Source: an uncultured Thermoleophilia bacterium (GTDB taxonomy: Bacteria > Actinomycetota > Thermoleophilia > UBA2241). From it: a stretch of DNA of 64,000 nucleotides. The stretch lies in the NCBI GenBank assembly GCA_963702475.1, contig CAVPCT010000006.1:313709-377708 (forward strand), given 5' to 3'. The translations under genes and the position numbers were made by a program. The notes under the pieces are model-generated. The model was not told the origin of the DNA. It did not search any database and worked only from the letters and a program-made list of their open reading frames with translations. Below are positions 62,415 to 64,000 of the stretch, in pieces. Positions within the stretch are counted from its first letter, which is position 1. Each line of letters opens with the position of its first letter.

Positions 62415-63449
62415 ATGAGTGAGGACCTGTACTCCCGGCTTGCGGCTGCTCTCGACAGGCTGCCCGGGCGCTTTCCATGCACGCCTTCGGGGACAGAGGT
62501 GCCATTGCTGCAGCACCTCTTCAGCACCGCACAGGCGGAACTGGGCGCAGTCATGGGCCGGGATTACGAGGACGTGGAGCTGATTGCCTCTCGAGTGGGC
62601 CGTCCCTTCCGGGGCGTGGGCGTAGAGCTCGCGCGAATGGCTGAGCGCGGGTTGGTGCTCGGCAGAGAGCGCGACGATCGGCCGACCTACCGCCTGAGGC
62701 AGTTCCTCGACGGGATCCTAGAGCGGAACATAGACCGCATGGGGCCCGAACTGGCCCACCTCTACGAAGCCTACATGGACGACGGTGGTGCGCGACTGCT
62801 GATGGGGGATCCGGCCTATGCGCGCGTGCTGCCGGGGGAGAAGGCCATCCGCTCGGACTGGATCCTGCCCTACGACGACGTGCGCTCGATCCTCGAGCAG
62901 ACGACCTCGATTGTTGTAGGAGACTGCTTCTGTCGAAAGGAGCGAGCACTCGCCGGTGCCCCTTGCCGCTATCCGCTGAACGTTTGCCTCAACCTACGCG
63001 GCGCGCAGACGACCGACGCGAGGACGATCTCCACGGCTGATGCACTGCGCTTGCTCGACGAGGCCGAAGAGGCTGGCCTTGTCCACACCGTCACCAACGT
63101 GTGTGGGGGCTGGGATTGGCTATGCAACTGCTGCTCCTGCTGCTGCATGTGGCTGCGCGGCTTCACCGAGTGGCAGATAGACACGGCCGTGGTGTCCAAC
63201 TACCGCGTCACGATCGAGGCGAGTTCATGTTCGGGTTGCGGAGTCTGCGAGGAACGCTGTCCAGTGGCGGCGATCTCTGTGGCAGACGAGCGAGCGCGCC
63301 CACGGCGAGAGTCATGTATAGGCTGCGGACTGTGTGTTACGTCCTGCCCCACGAGCTCCTTGCAGCTGGAGCGTCTTCCCGAAGCCGCCATCATCCTTCC
63401 ACCGTCAGACCATGAGGCGTGGGAAGACGAGAGGCTGCGTGGGCAATGA
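62415..63449 (+). CDS. Multi-Fe-S protein with C-terminal 2x[4Fe-4S] ferredoxin domain
   Basis: CFCR..C..C, EEAGLVH..CNCCSCCC, CSGCGVCEERCP and CIGCGLCVTSCP. Confidence 0.9.
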   Translation: MSEDLYSRLAAALDRLPGRFPCTPSGTEVPLLQHLFSTAQAELGAVMGRDYEDVELIASRVGRPFRGVGVELARMAERGLVLGRERDDRPTYRLRQFLDGILERNIDRMGPELAHLYEAYMDDGGARLLMGDPAYARVLPGEKAIRSDWILPYDDVRSILEQTTSIVVGDCFCRKERALAGAPCRYPLNVCLNLRGAQTTDARTISTADALRLLDEAEEAGLVHTVTNVCGGWDWLCNCCSCCCMWLRGFTEWQIDTAVVSNYRVTIEASSCSGCGVCEERCPVAAISVADERARPRRESCIGCGLCVTSCPTSSLQLERLPEAAIILPPSDHEAWEDERLRGQ

Positions 63450-63608
63450 TGCCGAGTCAGGGTGTTGAAACGCGCGGGGATGAGCGAAGCACATGGCGCA
63501 GCCTTCGGGCTGAGGAGAGCGGAGAGTGATACTGTCTGCCTCTGGTAGCGAGAGATGGACGGATGAGATGGGAGCGTTGTGATCGCGGAGTCGGGCAATG
63601 ACAGAAGC

Positions 63609-64000
63609 ATGAAGAGCCCCCGAAAGCCTTCGTGGCGACGCTCCCTGGGACCCGACGCGGACACCTCTTCCACTGTAGACCTCATCCTGGCCACCGCCAG
63701 AAGGCTCTTGATCGAACACGGTTACCGCGCTCTGACTTTCGACAGTGTCGCGCAGGAACTGGGGTGCGACAAAGGCACGATTGCCTACCACTTCGGCAAC
63801 AAGATGGGTCTTGTCACTGCCGTTCAAGACTCGCTCGTGCACGACATATTGGCATCGATTATGCAGGACGTGCGTGAGACAGCAGGCAAGACCGACACGA
63901 GCACTGTCGCCAAAGCGATTCTGGTCGCCACTGACGCTCGGGGCGGATGGCTTGACGTCATGCCCTACGCCATCCGCAATCCTGAGCTCAGGAAGATCCA
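63609..64000 (+). CDS. TetR-family regulator (3'-partial)
   Basis: ILATARRLLIEHGYRALTFDSVAQELGCDKGTIAYHFGNK HTH; runs off the window end. Confidence 0.88.
   Translation, partial: MKSPRKPSWRRSLGPDADTSSTVDLILATARRLLIEHGYRALTFDSVAQELGCDKGTIAYHFGNKMGLVTAVQDSLVHDILASIMQDVRETAGKTDTSTVAKAILVATDARGGWLDVMPYAIRNPELRKI

Larger units (their letters stand above)
55465..64000. mobile_element. Putative tRNA-Glu-integrated genomic island (right end outside window)
   Basis: Bounded by the tRNA fragment. Visibly more A/T and more A/T-ending codons than the backbone. Carries a pseudogene and an IS remnant. Confidence 0.7.

Noticed and set aside
55465-64000. pylT or pylSBCD inside the window
   Set aside because: I found no CUA-anticodon cloverleaf and no PylS/B/C/D-like ORF by eye.

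Overview
This is a very GC-rich bacterial window. Gene content, leaderless-type promoters and an actinobacterial-style IS630 scar suggest an anaerobic or facultative Actinomycetota, possibly Thermoleophilia-like (inference). From 1 to ~55.4 kb it is mostly housekeeping and accessory backbone: typA, hicBA, a collapsed type I R-M locus, rpiA, several PLP enzymes, two B12-radical SAM paralogues, msrA, SGNH-type proteins, MFS transporters, glnS next to tRNA-Gln(CTG), NarL-type two-component genes and an amidase. At 55418-55464 a 3'-half tRNA-Glu(CTC) copy looks like an att scar. To its right the DNA is visibly less GC-rich and looks like a tRNA-integrated island running off the window end. The highlight is on this island: an MttB-family methylamine:corrinoid methyltransferase gene (59958-61433) with an in-frame TAG exactly at the pyrrolysine position (WSAGY-TAG-ADSK..GHEKT). 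It is followed by its corrinoid protein and an Fe-S protein, and has divergent transporters, a candidate operator and a highly structured 5' leader. The pyl biosynthesis and decoding genes are not in the window. Functional calls come from motif recognition only; no searches were run.
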